Assembly: GCA_965223705.1 (NCBI GenBank)
Contig: OZ245015.1
Coordinates: 2,912,001 to 2,976,000, forward strand
Direction: 5' to 3'
Source of the DNA: Myxococcota bacterium
GTDB taxonomy: Bacteria > Myxococcota_A > UBA9160 > UBA6930
Length of the DNA stretch: 64,000 nt
Positions 54,685-63,107 of the stretch are shown here, one piece after another (within the stretch, counting starts at the first letter, position 1; each line of letters begins with the position of its first letter). Made by a program: the position numbers and the translations under genes. Below the pieces are notes generated by a model, which did not search any database, was not told the DNA's origin, and saw only the letters and a list, made by a program, of their open reading frames with translations.

Positions 54685-55809
54685 ATGACCGATCAGCTCA
54701 TTTCAGCCGATTCCCACATGTGCGAGCCGCCGGATCTGTGGACCCAGCGGATCGACAAACCCTTCCGCGACCGCGCTCCGCGGATCCTCGCGAACCCGAA
54801 AGGCCTGACCGGCTCGTTCTTCGTGTGCGAGGACCTCCCGCCCTTCCGGGTGTCGGGCGCGTTCGCGGCCGGAAAGACCTTCGATAAGGCGTTCATGGAA
54901 GCCGGGATGGAGGACGCCTTGCCCGGCGGCTGGGATCCCACGGCGCGCCTTCGCGATATGGACGAGGACGGCATCGTGGCGGAGGTGCTCTACACGACGT
55001 GCGGGTTCGTCTTGTTCTGGGTCGAAGACGCGGCGTTCCAGGACGCGTGCTTCCGCGCGTACAACGACTGGCTCGCCGAGTTCGTGAGCCACGATCCGAA
55101 ACGCTTCTACGGGCTCGGACTGATCTCGCTCATCGACGTCGAGCGCGCGACGCGCGAGCTCGAACGCTGCAAGAAAGCCGGCCTCTCCGGCGCCATGATC
55201 TGGGCGAAGCCGCCGGACGACAGGCCCTACAGCGCCCCGGAATACGATCGCTTCTGGGCTGCGGCGCAGAGCCTCGAGATGCCGCTCTCGCTCCACACTC
55301 TCACCGGCAAGGGCAAAGAGAGCCAGCAGGATGAATCCGCCGGAGTCGCCGAGATCTACGCCCGCATGGTCCTTCGCCCGGGTGAGATTCAGCACTCGTT
55401 TCTCACGCTGGTGTTCGGAGGCGTGCTCGAGCGGTTCCCGGAGCTCCGCTTTGTCTCGGCGGAAGGCGACGTCGCCTGGATTCCTCACATTCTCGAACGC
55501 GCCGACAAATACGCGCGTCGCTTCGGGAAAGGCTACGACGCGGGCCCGTTGTCGCTCACGCCCACCGAATACTTCAGGCGCCAGTTCTACGCGTGCTTTA
55601 TCGACGATCCGCTGGGACTCGCGATCTACCACTACTCGGGCGTCGCGGAAAACCTGATGTGGTCGACGGACTACCCGCACCAAGCCTCGACGTTTCCCCA
55701 GTCGCTCAAGTTCGTCGACGAGAAATTCAGCGGCGTGCCCCCCGCTGACCGCAAGAAGATCGTCTGCGAGAACGCAGCGAAGCTCTACGGAATCGAGCTC
55801 GCCACGTAG
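54685..55809 (+). CDS. amidohydrolase family 2 protein
   Basis: ISADSHMCEP, RLRDMDEDGI, AYNDWLAEF, LSLH, GVLERFP, MWSTDYPH, ENAAKLY. Confidence 0.9.
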   Translation: MTDQLISADSHMCEPPDLWTQRIDKPFRDRAPRILANPKGLTGSFFVCEDLPPFRVSGAFAAGKTFDKAFMEAGMEDALPGGWDPTARLRDMDEDGIVAEVLYTTCGFVLFWVEDAAFQDACFRAYNDWLAEFVSHDPKRFYGLGLISLIDVERATRELERCKKAGLSGAMIWAKPPDDRPYSAPEYDRFWAAAQSLEMPLSLHTLTGKGKESQQDESAGVAEIYARMVLRPGEIQHSFLTLVFGGVLERFPELRFVSAEGDVAWIPHILERADKYARRFGKGYDAGPLSLTPTEYFRRQFYACFIDDPLGLAIYHYSGVAENLMWSTDYPHQASTFPQSLKFVDEKFSGVPPADRKKIVCENAAKLYGIELAT

Positions 55810-55826
55810 ACCGATCGCTCGCAGAA

Positions 55827-55889
55827 AAAGGCACGCGCTGCGGCTCCGCCTGTCAGCGAGAAAGGCTTGCGCTGTGGCTCCGTCTGTCA
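55827..55889. repeat. 29-bp imperfect direct repeat x2 (period 34) in an intergenic region
   Basis: AAAGGCACGCGCTGCGGCTCCGCCTGTCA versus AAAGGCTTGCGCTGTGGCTCCGTCTGTCA, 25/29 identical. Confidence 0.8.
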
Positions 55890-55946
55890 TCAAATACGGG
55901 GTCGCAAGCGGCCTCAATGTCCTGGAGCCGCGGTTAGGAGTCTCTC

Positions 55947-56822
55947 GTGGCGGTTGACCAGTTTCGCATCGGCGTTTTCCAGCCTCTCAACGACCGACCC
56001 TCGGGCGATCCGGCGGTCGTCGCCAAGCGAGCGGAGGAGCTCGGCTTTTCGTCTTACTGGGCGCCGGAGCACACCGTCATTCCGGTGGGCTCCGCCGATA
56101 TTTATCCGGGGAAACAAGCCGACGAGCCGCCGCCGGAATACCTGTTCAAGATGCCCGACCCGTTCATCGCACTCACTCGCGCTTCGGCTGTCACGACGAA
56201 GATCGAGCTCGGCACCGGCGTATGCCTCATCCCCGAACGCAACCCGCTCCTCACGGCGAAAGAAGTGGCGTCCCTCGACCACTATTCCGGAGGTCGCTTC
56301 CTGTTCGGGATCGGGGCCGGCTGGAACGAGCCCGAGTGCACGGTGATGGGCGGCGATTTCCCGCATCGGTGGACCCAGGCGCAAGACGCGATCCTCGCCA
56401 TGAAAGAGCTGTGGACGAAGGACGAGGCCGCGTACGACGGCAAGTACGTGAAGTTCCCGCCGGTGATCTGCAAACCCGCTCCCGCCCGCAAGCCGCACCC
56501 GCCGGTCCTGCTCGGAAGCATCGGTTCGCCGTTCGTGCTGAAGCGCGTCGTCGCGTGGGGCGACGGGTGGTTGCCCTTCAGCACCGATCCGTCGGAAATG
56601 GCAAAGGGCCGCGAGGAACTCACCGCGATGGCGAAGGCAGCCGGCCGCGACCCGGCGTCGATCGACGTCACGTGCTTTTCGCCCGAGGGTTTTTTCCGCA
56701 AGGCGTCCGAGGTGGCGGAGCTCAAGAAGACGGGCTCGAACGGTTGTGTCCTGTGGCTCAGCGCGAAGGACGAGAAGAGCGTCTTGGCCGAGCTCGAGGA
56801 TCTCGCCGCGGAGCTTCTCTGA
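55947..56822 (+). CDS. LLM class putative F420-dependent oxidoreductase (Rv2161c-like)
   Basis: AEELGFSSYWAPEH, DPFIAL, RNPLLTAKEVASLD..SGGRF.FGIGAGW, GDGWLP. Confidence 0.85.
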   Translation: MAVDQFRIGVFQPLNDRPSGDPAVVAKRAEELGFSSYWAPEHTVIPVGSADIYPGKQADEPPPEYLFKMPDPFIALTRASAVTTKIELGTGVCLIPERNPLLTAKEVASLDHYSGGRFLFGIGAGWNEPECTVMGGDFPHRWTQAQDAILAMKELWTKDEAAYDGKYVKFPPVICKPAPARKPHPPVLLGSIGSPFVLKRVVAWGDGWLPFSTDPSEMAKGREELTAMAKAAGRDPASIDVTCFSPEGFFRKASEVAELKKTGSNGCVLWLSAKDEKSVLAELEDLAAELL

Positions 56823-57230
56823 ATGGCCCGAAAGACCGCGAAGCAGCTCGTCGAGGAGGCGGATGCCGCCGTCAAGAGCGTGACCCCTGCCGAGGCCCAA
56901 GCCGCCGCCAAACAGGGCGCGCTTGTGGTCGACTTGCGAGACATTCGAGAACGCGTCCGAGAGGGCTTCATCCCCGGCTCGTACCACGCGCCGCGGGGAA
57001 TGCTCGAATTCTGGGTCTGTCCGGAAAGTCCGTACCACAAACCGGTGTTCGCCGAGGACCGCGAGTTCGTCTTCTTCTGCGCGAGTGGCTGGCGTTCGGC
57101 GCTCGCGGCGAAGACCGCGCAGGAAATGGGCGTACCGAAGGTGAGCCACCTCGCGGGCGGATTCACGGCTTGGCGGGAGTCCGGTGCCGACGTTTTGAAA
57201 ACCGATGACGGTAAGGAGCCGCGCGAATGA
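56823..57230 (+). CDS. rhodanese-like domain protein
   Basis: VVDLRD..E, IPGS...PRGMLEF, FCASGWRS, LAGGFTAW. Confidence 0.9.
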   Translation: MARKTAKQLVEEADAAVKSVTPAEAQAAAKQGALVVDLRDIRERVREGFIPGSYHAPRGMLEFWVCPESPYHKPVFAEDREFVFFCASGWRSALAAKTAQEMGVPKVSHLAGGFTAWRESGADVLKTDDGKEPRE

Positions 57231-58441
57231 CGACCCCCAACGTACTGTCCGGCCTCAAGGTCCTCGATTTGACCCGCGCCCTCGCCGGCCCGAGCTGCAC
57301 GCGCATGCTCGCGGAGATGGGCGCCGACGTCATCAAAGTCGAAGCGGGCCCGGGTGGCGACATGGTGCGCGGCATGTCGAAGATCGGTTCCGAGCGGAGC
57401 CTCTACTACATCCAGCAGAACCTGAACAAGAAAAGCGTCTGCGTGAATTTCCACGACGCGGACGGGCTCGCGTTGGTGAAAGAGCTCGTGGCGCACGTCG
57501 ACGTGGTCGTCGAGAACTACAAGCCCGGTGTCATGGCCGACATGGGGATGAGCTACGACGAGCTCAAAGCGATCAAACCCGACATCATCCTGTGTTCGAT
57601 CTCGGCGCTGGGTCAAAGCGGCCCCCTCGCGTCGAAACCCGGCTACGACTACATCGCCCAGGCCTACTCGGGCGTCACGTCGATGATCGGCGACCCGAAC
57701 GAGCCGCCCTACATCCCGGCCGTCGGTCTCGGAGACGTCAGCACCGGGATCACCGCTTCCGTGGGAGTCTTGGCCGCTCTGCGCCATCGCGACCAGACGG
57801 GAGAAGGACAGCACATCGACATCGGTCTGCTCGACGTCTACTACCAGTATCACGAAGTGAACGTCCACCAAGCCAGTGCGAGCAACGGCAAGATCAAGCC
57901 CACGCGCTCAGGGCGCCACGTGAGCTACGTCGCACCGGCGGGCATCTTCCAGGGCACCGGTGGATCCGCAATGATCATGGGCTTCCTCCACCACTGGAAA
58001 GACCTGTGTGCCGCGATGGAGCGTCCGGACTTGGTCGAGCACGAGATCTTCGGCAACGACATGAAACGCCTCGAGCACCGCGACGAGATGGTCGAGATCA
58101 TCGAGTCGTGGCTCAAGACCTTCCCCGACGTGAACTCGGCGATCGCGAAGATGGAGTCGCACGGCGTCCCCTGCGCTCCGGTGTTGACGGTCGAAGAGAC
58201 GCTTACGCACCCGCACTTCCGGGAGCGCGGCACGGTGCGCCGCATAAAGGACCCGATCGCCGGCGAGTTCGACATCCCGGGCCATCCGATTCGCTTCTCG
58301 GGTTTCCCGGATGATCCGGGGTATGTCGCGCCGACGCTCGGCCAGCACAATGGCGAAGTGCTGAAAGGGGTTCTTGGCAAAAGCGACGCTGAAATCGAAG
58401 CCCTCGCCCAGCGCGGCACCCTCATCGAGGGAGAGTTCTAG
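57227..58441 (+). CDS. class III (CaiB/BaiF) CoA-transferase
   Basis: VLDLTRALAGP, GADVIKVE, NKKS, ENYKPG, GYDYIAQA, LGDVSTG, PTLGQHN. Confidence 0.92.
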   Translation: MTTPNVLSGLKVLDLTRALAGPSCTRMLAEMGADVIKVEAGPGGDMVRGMSKIGSERSLYYIQQNLNKKSVCVNFHDADGLALVKELVAHVDVVVENYKPGVMADMGMSYDELKAIKPDIILCSISALGQSGPLASKPGYDYIAQAYSGVTSMIGDPNEPPYIPAVGLGDVSTGITASVGVLAALRHRDQTGEGQHIDIGLLDVYYQYHEVNVHQASASNGKIKPTRSGRHVSYVAPAGIFQGTGGSAMIMGFLHHWKDLCAAMERPDLVEHEIFGNDMKRLEHRDEMVEIIESWLKTFPDVNSAIAKMESHGVPCAPVLTVEETLTHPHFRERGTVRRIKDPIAGEFDIPGHPIRFSGFPDDPGYVAPTLGQHNGEVLKGVLGKSDAEIEALAQRGTLIEGEF

Positions 58442-59472
58442 GCGCCGAGGAGCTCCCGCGCCGCGGCGACCACTCGCGCGGGCGCGAGCTGCGTCATGCA
58501 GCGGTGGTCGATGGGACACCGTTTCCGGTGACACGGGCTGCAGGGAAATTCTTCCCGGAGGACGCGTTGCCGTTCTAGCAGATGCGCGGTGTGTCGCTGA
58601 TCGGTCGGGCCGATCACGCACACGACCGGGCGCGACAGAGCCACCGCGATGTGACGCGGTCCCGTGTCGTTCGTCAGCAACAGCCTCGCGTCGGCGAGCA
58701 GAGCGACCAAATCGGCGAGGCCGGAGGAAGCCCCTCCCAGGCGGATCGGTTCCGAGTGGGCCTCGTCCGCGATGGCCCGCGCGATCGCTTCTTCACCGGG
58801 GCCGGGCGCCAAAACCGCGCGTAGTCCCAGCTCCTTTTCCATCCTGTCGCACGCGCTCGCGAAGTGTTCCGGCGGCCACAGTTTGCTCGCGCCGAAACTC
58901 GCTCCCGGGGTCACCACGACGTAGTCCGTGCCGGGACCAAGGCCCGCCGCCGCTAGGCGCGAACGCACGCGCTCGCGTGCGCCCGGGTCGACATGGAGCT
59001 CCATCGTTTCGCCCGCGTCGTCGCAACCGAGCGCGCGCGTAATGCGCAGAAAACGCTCGATCATGGAGATCGGCACCCGGCGTCCGTTTTCATCGCGGGG
59101 CGGCGGTAGAGCTTGCGTCAGCAACGCGCGGCGGAGGGGTTCTCGCGCATAGCCCACGCGTACCGGAATGCCGGCCAGCGCGGGGAGGAGCGCGGCACGG
59201 GTCGAGTCCGGAAAACAGACCGCTGCATCGAAGTTCGCTTCGGCGAGAGAAGCAGCCGCCTGCCTCTGCGCGCGAATCCCGCGCTCCGGTGCGGGCTCAA
59301 ATCGATCGACGTGTGGATGCCCCTCGAGAAGCGGTGCGAGGTAGGCCCTCCCCGAAACGACGAGTTGCCCCACCCCGCTCTGCCGCAAAGCCCGAAGCGC
59401 AGGTGTCATCATGACGGCGTCGCCGACCCAGTTCGGCGACCGAACCCAGACCTTTGAGCCGGCGAGATCCAT
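58438..59472 (-). CDS. waaF: lipopolysaccharide heptosyltransferase II (GT9)
   Basis: RSPNWVGDAVM, PGASFGASKLWP, LLTNDTGPRHIAVAL, GPT, CSPC...CP...CM. Confidence 0.85.
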   Translation of the reverse strand: MDLAGSKVWVRSPNWVGDAVMMTPALRALRQSGVGQLVVSGRAYLAPLLEGHPHVDRFEPAPERGIRAQRQAAASLAEANFDAAVCFPDSTRAALLPALAGIPVRVGYAREPLRRALLTQALPPPRDENGRRVPISMIERFLRITRALGCDDAGETMELHVDPGARERVRSRLAAAGLGPGTDYVVVTPGASFGASKLWPPEHFASACDRMEKELGLRAVLAPGPGEEAIARAIADEAHSEPIRLGGASSGLADLVALLADARLLLTNDTGPRHIAVALSRPVVCVIGPTDQRHTAHLLERQRVLREEFPCSPCHRKRCPIDHRCMTQLAPARVVAAARELLGA

Positions 59473-59494
59473 GGGCGACGACGCGTCGTATCGC

Positions 59495-60712
59495 CTAGAG
59501 GAAGTATTCCTCGCGCTCTTCGGCCAGCTCGATCTCGGCCTCGGGGTTTTCGACCAACCCCTCGATCCACCAGTTCGCGCTGTGGTAGAGGCAAGTCACT
59601 TCCCGGCACTCGTGACTGGCGTCGAAGCGATCGAGAAGACCGGCGAGCGAATCACCGGTCGCGCGCGCCTCTTCATCGCCGCGATAAGCCGTACGGCTAC
59701 CGACGCGCGCTTTCTCGACCCCGCGGTGCGCCGGGCAGTTGAAGAGTCCGGTGGGCGTCAGCACCTGTCGCAGAGCCTGCATGTGGCAGGTCTTCGGTTG
59801 GCGCGTCGCCTCTTGCCAATTGCCTTCTTCGAGGAGCCGCAAGTTCGTGCTCTCGTAGACGTCGAACCCGTCACCGGCGAGCTCTTTCGCCGAATCGACC
59901 GCCTCCCGAATCCGCTTCACGACGGCACTCAGCTCGCGCTTCGATTTATCGGGGTCCATCACCTCGGCGCCATCGTCCTGTCTTTCGAGGACGGGCTTGA
60001 ACGCGATGTAATCGAACTGGTACTGCTTCGCACGCTCGGCAGCGAGACGAATCTCGTGAATGTTCTCGTGCAGCTCGTTGTCTTCGCGCGTCGCACCGCC
60101 CCACACGATGATGTAGCTGAAGCCGACGCGTACGTTGGGGTTGCGTTCCTTCAACTGCGGGATCCACTCGCACACCGCGTCGAGGTCCCACTTCTTGTTC
60201 ACGGGGTTGTGCATCGCGACGAAGAGCTCGTTGCTTCCGGAGTCGAGTGAGAGGCGGATCCAGTCGGGCGCCTTCATGTACTGAATCGCCTCGAGCAAAC
60301 GGTCGCCCCGGCTTCCGTTCGACACGATCGAGACCTGGAGATCGAGCTCCTTCAGGAACTTCACGAAATCCGGGAAGCGCGGATACAGGGTCGGCTCGCC
60401 TCCGCCGATCAAGATGACCGAACGCAGCCCGCGCTTCGCCATCCACTCGATCGATTCGCGGAGCTCCGCTTCTTGGTGCTTGTTCTTCGTGTTGAGGATG
60501 TCCCAGTCGATGCAGTGGGTGCACCGGTAGTTGCACGCCGTGGTGAGGTCGAGGTTGATCGAGATCGGCGAAAGCTCGGGCGGCGGGGGCTCTTTCTCGC
60601 CGCGTGCCCGCGCGTCTGCGACGGCGCGCCGCCAGTTCACGTACGTCTGGACCTGGCCCGCGGCGCTCGGCTGCCTGAGTTTGCCGGTGAAATCGTGGAT
60701 CGCGTGAGTCAA
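59495..60712 (-). CDS. radical SAM enzyme with C-terminal Twitch/SPASM-like Cys cluster
   Basis: CNYRCTHC (CxxxCxxC), GGGEP, SNG, IRLSLD; C-terminal C-x16-C and C-x4-C; likely TTG start at 60712 overlapping the upstream stop, GAGGA RBS. Confidence 0.85.
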   Translation of the reverse strand: MTHAIHDFTGKLRQPSAAGQVQTYVNWRRAVADARARGEKEPPPPELSPISINLDLTTACNYRCTHCIDWDILNTKNKHQEAELRESIEWMAKRGLRSVILIGGGEPTLYPRFPDFVKFLKELDLQVSIVSNGSRGDRLLEAIQYMKAPDWIRLSLDSGSNELFVAMHNPVNKKWDLDAVCEWIPQLKERNPNVRVGFSYIIVWGGATREDNELHENIHEIRLAAERAKQYQFDYIAFKPVLERQDDGAEVMDPDKSKRELSAVVKRIREAVDSAKELAGDGFDVYESTNLRLLEEGNWQEATRQPKTCHMQALRQVLTPTGLFNCPAHRGVEKARVGSRTAYRGDEEARATGDSLAGLLDRFDASHECREVTCLYHSANWWIEGLVENPEAEIELAEEREEYFL

Positions 60713-61731
60713 GTGGACTTCCTCTTCCCTGTGGTGCCAACGGCTTCGCGAAAGGCTCCGACGAGGTCCTCGAGCATCTGTACACGCGCCACGAGCTCGA
60801 GGGGCGTCGTGACGCGTTGCGACATGTGCGGTTCGGGGTCTGGGGGAAGGCCGCCCATCTGGCGTCGCAACCAATCGACGAAGAGTCTCATCCGCGTCGC
60901 GAGGGGGTCTGCCATCGCCACACGACGCTCTCCGTCGCGGAAGAACATAGAGTAATCAGCCATCTCCACCAGACGCTCCGCCCTTCGGCGATTGAGGGCG
61001 TAGCCCGCTCGCCGCGGCTGCTCCCGCTGGCGGACCAAGTCGACCCGGCAAACGACCCGGAAATCTCCCCGAAGGAAATCGAAGCGAACGGTCACCGCCG
61101 GGTCACCACGCTCCTCGAAAGAGGCAAACGTGGCTTTTTCAACACGATCCTGCTGTCTTGAGCCTGCCGCGGGAACCCAGGATTGGAGCAGACTCAACGG
61201 GTGGGAAAGTGAATCGACAAGCATCGACTCCCCGGCGCTGCTGGGCGAGAGGCGCATGGAGAAGTGCTCGGGCTTCTCGTCGAGCGCCCCGGGGTGTAGC
61301 GCCGAGAAAGCGGGCAGCGTGTCGGGCCACTGGCAGTTCTCGACGAGAAGGAGTCCGCGCTCCTGGAAAGACGCGACGCACCCGCGCGCGGTAACCGCGG
61401 GCGAGTCGCCCCATACCAACGGCTTCTCGCACAACGCGTTGAGCCCCGCTGCCGCAGCCAGCCCGAGAAATCGCGCGTGTGTCTCCGGCGGCGACAGAAT
61501 GGCTACGGCGTCGAGCTGTGACTCGGCCAGAAAGGGTTCGACGGCGTGGAAGCCGCGCGCAGCAACTCCGTGAGCCCGGAGTTCCGCATCGGCGGGCTCC
61601 ACCGAATCGGGCTTGGAACACAGGAACGCGGGAACGACCGCACCGGCGGCGCTGAGTTCGCGTGCGACGAACGGCCCCAGCCCCTGTCGCAACCGGCGGG
61701 GGCCGATCAAACCGATCCGCGGAGCGCTCAC
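60709..61731 (-). CDS. Gfo/Idh/MocA-family oxidoreductase (divergent)
   Basis: LDAVAILSPPETH, ALCEKPL, SH at the usual DH position; atypical Rossmann loop GLIGPRRLRQGLG. Confidence 0.7.
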   Translation of the reverse strand: MSAPRIGLIGPRRLRQGLGPFVARELSAAGAVVPAFLCSKPDSVEPADAELRAHGVAARGFHAVEPFLAESQLDAVAILSPPETHARFLGLAAAAGLNALCEKPLVWGDSPAVTARGCVASFQERGLLLVENCQWPDTLPAFSALHPGALDEKPEHFSMRLSPSSAGESMLVDSLSHPLSLLQSWVPAAGSRQQDRVEKATFASFEERGDPAVTVRFDFLRGDFRVVCRVDLVRQREQPRRAGYALNRRRAERLVEMADYSMFFRDGERRVAMADPLATRMRLFVDWLRRQMGGLPPDPEPHMSQRVTTPLELVARVQMLEDLVGAFREAVGTTGKRKST

Positions 61732-61817
61732 AGGCCGATCGACGAGTTCAACGGGTCGAGTCCGAGGGACATCGGCAAACAGGTTAGCGGCGGCGCGACG
61801 GGCGTCGCGCGGTACCC

Positions 61818-63107
61818 CTAGTCAAGCGCTCGCAGGTGAGCCGTCAGCGCTTCGCAGACGTCGCCGGCCGCTTCGAGACACGCGGCGTGACCGGCTGGCA
61901 CTTCGACGAAGCGACCTTTCGGCAACCCGTCGGCGACACGCCGGGCATCGGGGGTCAGCAGGTCTTCCTTCGCGCCCACGACCAGCACCGGGACTTCGAT
62001 CTTTGCGAGATCCGCCGCGCGCGTTCCGGACCACGCGGCGATCCCCGCGGCGTAGCGCCCGAGAACCGCGCCTGTCGTACAGCGCAACATGGCGGCCAGG
62101 CCCCGCTCCGTCCGCTCACGTCGCTCGGTTTCTGCGAGCCACGCCTCCGAAAAGAGCCAGGGCAACAGCGTGCCAGCTGCGGCGTCGCTCGACGCTTCGT
62201 CGACGATTCGGCTCCAAGCGGCGAGGACGGCGCGAAGTCGGTGAGAAGCGGTCACGAAGGGCGTAATCAACGCGAGCGACGCCACCCGGTCTGGCGCGGA
62301 CAAGGCCGCTTCGATGGCCGTGGCTGCCCCGAGACTCGCACCGACGAGATGAACGGGGGTATCCGCCAAGGCGAGCGCGTCCGAGGCAGAAGTCGAGACG
62401 TCGTAGCTCTCCGTTTCCGGAGCGCTCGAGGCTCCGATTCCGCGCGGATGGACGACCCGCACCGTGAACTCCGAGGCGAGCGCGTCGGTCTGCGGAGCAA
62501 ACGAACTCGCGTCGCTCCCAAAGCCGGGCAAGAACAGCACCGGTTGCCCAGATCCCGCGCTGGGGACTTCGAGCTTCACCCCGTCAGCGACCGGAACTCG
62601 TTCGTCGTTTTGCGAGGCCGCCTCGACGTCCTCCTTCGTGATGCGGCCGCCGGGGCCGGTCCCCGTCACGGAGGACAACTCGATGGCCATCTTGCGAGCC
62701 AGCGTTCGCGCGGCGGGCGTGGCCGGCCCGCCGCGACTGCCCGACGCGCGCGTCGGGGCCGGCGTATCGGCGGCGGCCGCGTCCGCGGGTTCCGTCCCGG
62801 CGGAACCGACGGGCTCCGGTCGGTGGTGGTCGGCGTGGAACGCCTCGGGATCGAAGGGGCTGTCCTGGCTCTCGGTCAGCGCGGCGAGGAGCGATCCGCA
62901 GGGCACCGTCTCGTCCGGTTCGACGTAGATGTGGCGCAGCACACCGGAACCGGTCGCTTCGATCTCGACCTCGGCTTTTTCCGACTCGATGACGAGGACG
63001 ATGTCGCCCTTGGCGACGGCGGAACCGAGAGGGACCGGCCAGGCAATCACGCGCCCCTCTTCCATCGACATGCCCAGCTTGGGCATCGCAATCGGTGTGT
63101 CCGGCAT
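61818..63107 (-). CDS. acoC: AcoC-type E2 component: lipoyl domain + E3-binding domain + alpha/beta hydrolase
   Basis: MPKLGMSMEEG...IESEKAEVE lipoyl domain, ATPAARTLA...GTGPGGRITKEDV, GASLG nucleophile elbow, D, GH. Confidence 0.8.
   Translation of the reverse strand: MPDTPIAMPKLGMSMEEGRVIAWPVPLGSAVAKGDIVLVIESEKAEVEIEATGSGVLRHIYVEPDETVPCGSLLAALTESQDSPFDPEAFHADHHRPEPVGSAGTEPADAAAADTPAPTRASGSRGGPATPAARTLARKMAIELSSVTGTGPGGRITKEDVEAASQNDERVPVADGVKLEVPSAGSGQPVLFLPGFGSDASSFAPQTDALASEFTVRVVHPRGIGASSAPETESYDVSTSASDALALADTPVHLVGASLGAATAIEAALSAPDRVASLALITPFVTASHRLRAVLAAWSRIVDEASSDAAAGTLLPWLFSEAWLAETERRERTERGLAAMLRCTTGAVLGRYAAGIAAWSGTRAADLAKIEVPVLVVGAKEDLLTPDARRVADGLPKGRFVEVPAGHAACLEAAGDVCEALTAHLRALD

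Noticed and set aside
55827..55889. Possible mini-CRISPR array
   Set aside because: Only two imperfect copies with a 5-nt gap, no spacers and no cas genes.
61728..61772. 14-aa ORF (MSLGLDPLNSSIGL) overlapping the Gfo/Idh start, as a possible leader or radical SAM precursor peptide
   Set aside because: Too short to support from sequence alone; no RiPP hallmarks, and the radical SAM context points to sugar chemistry.
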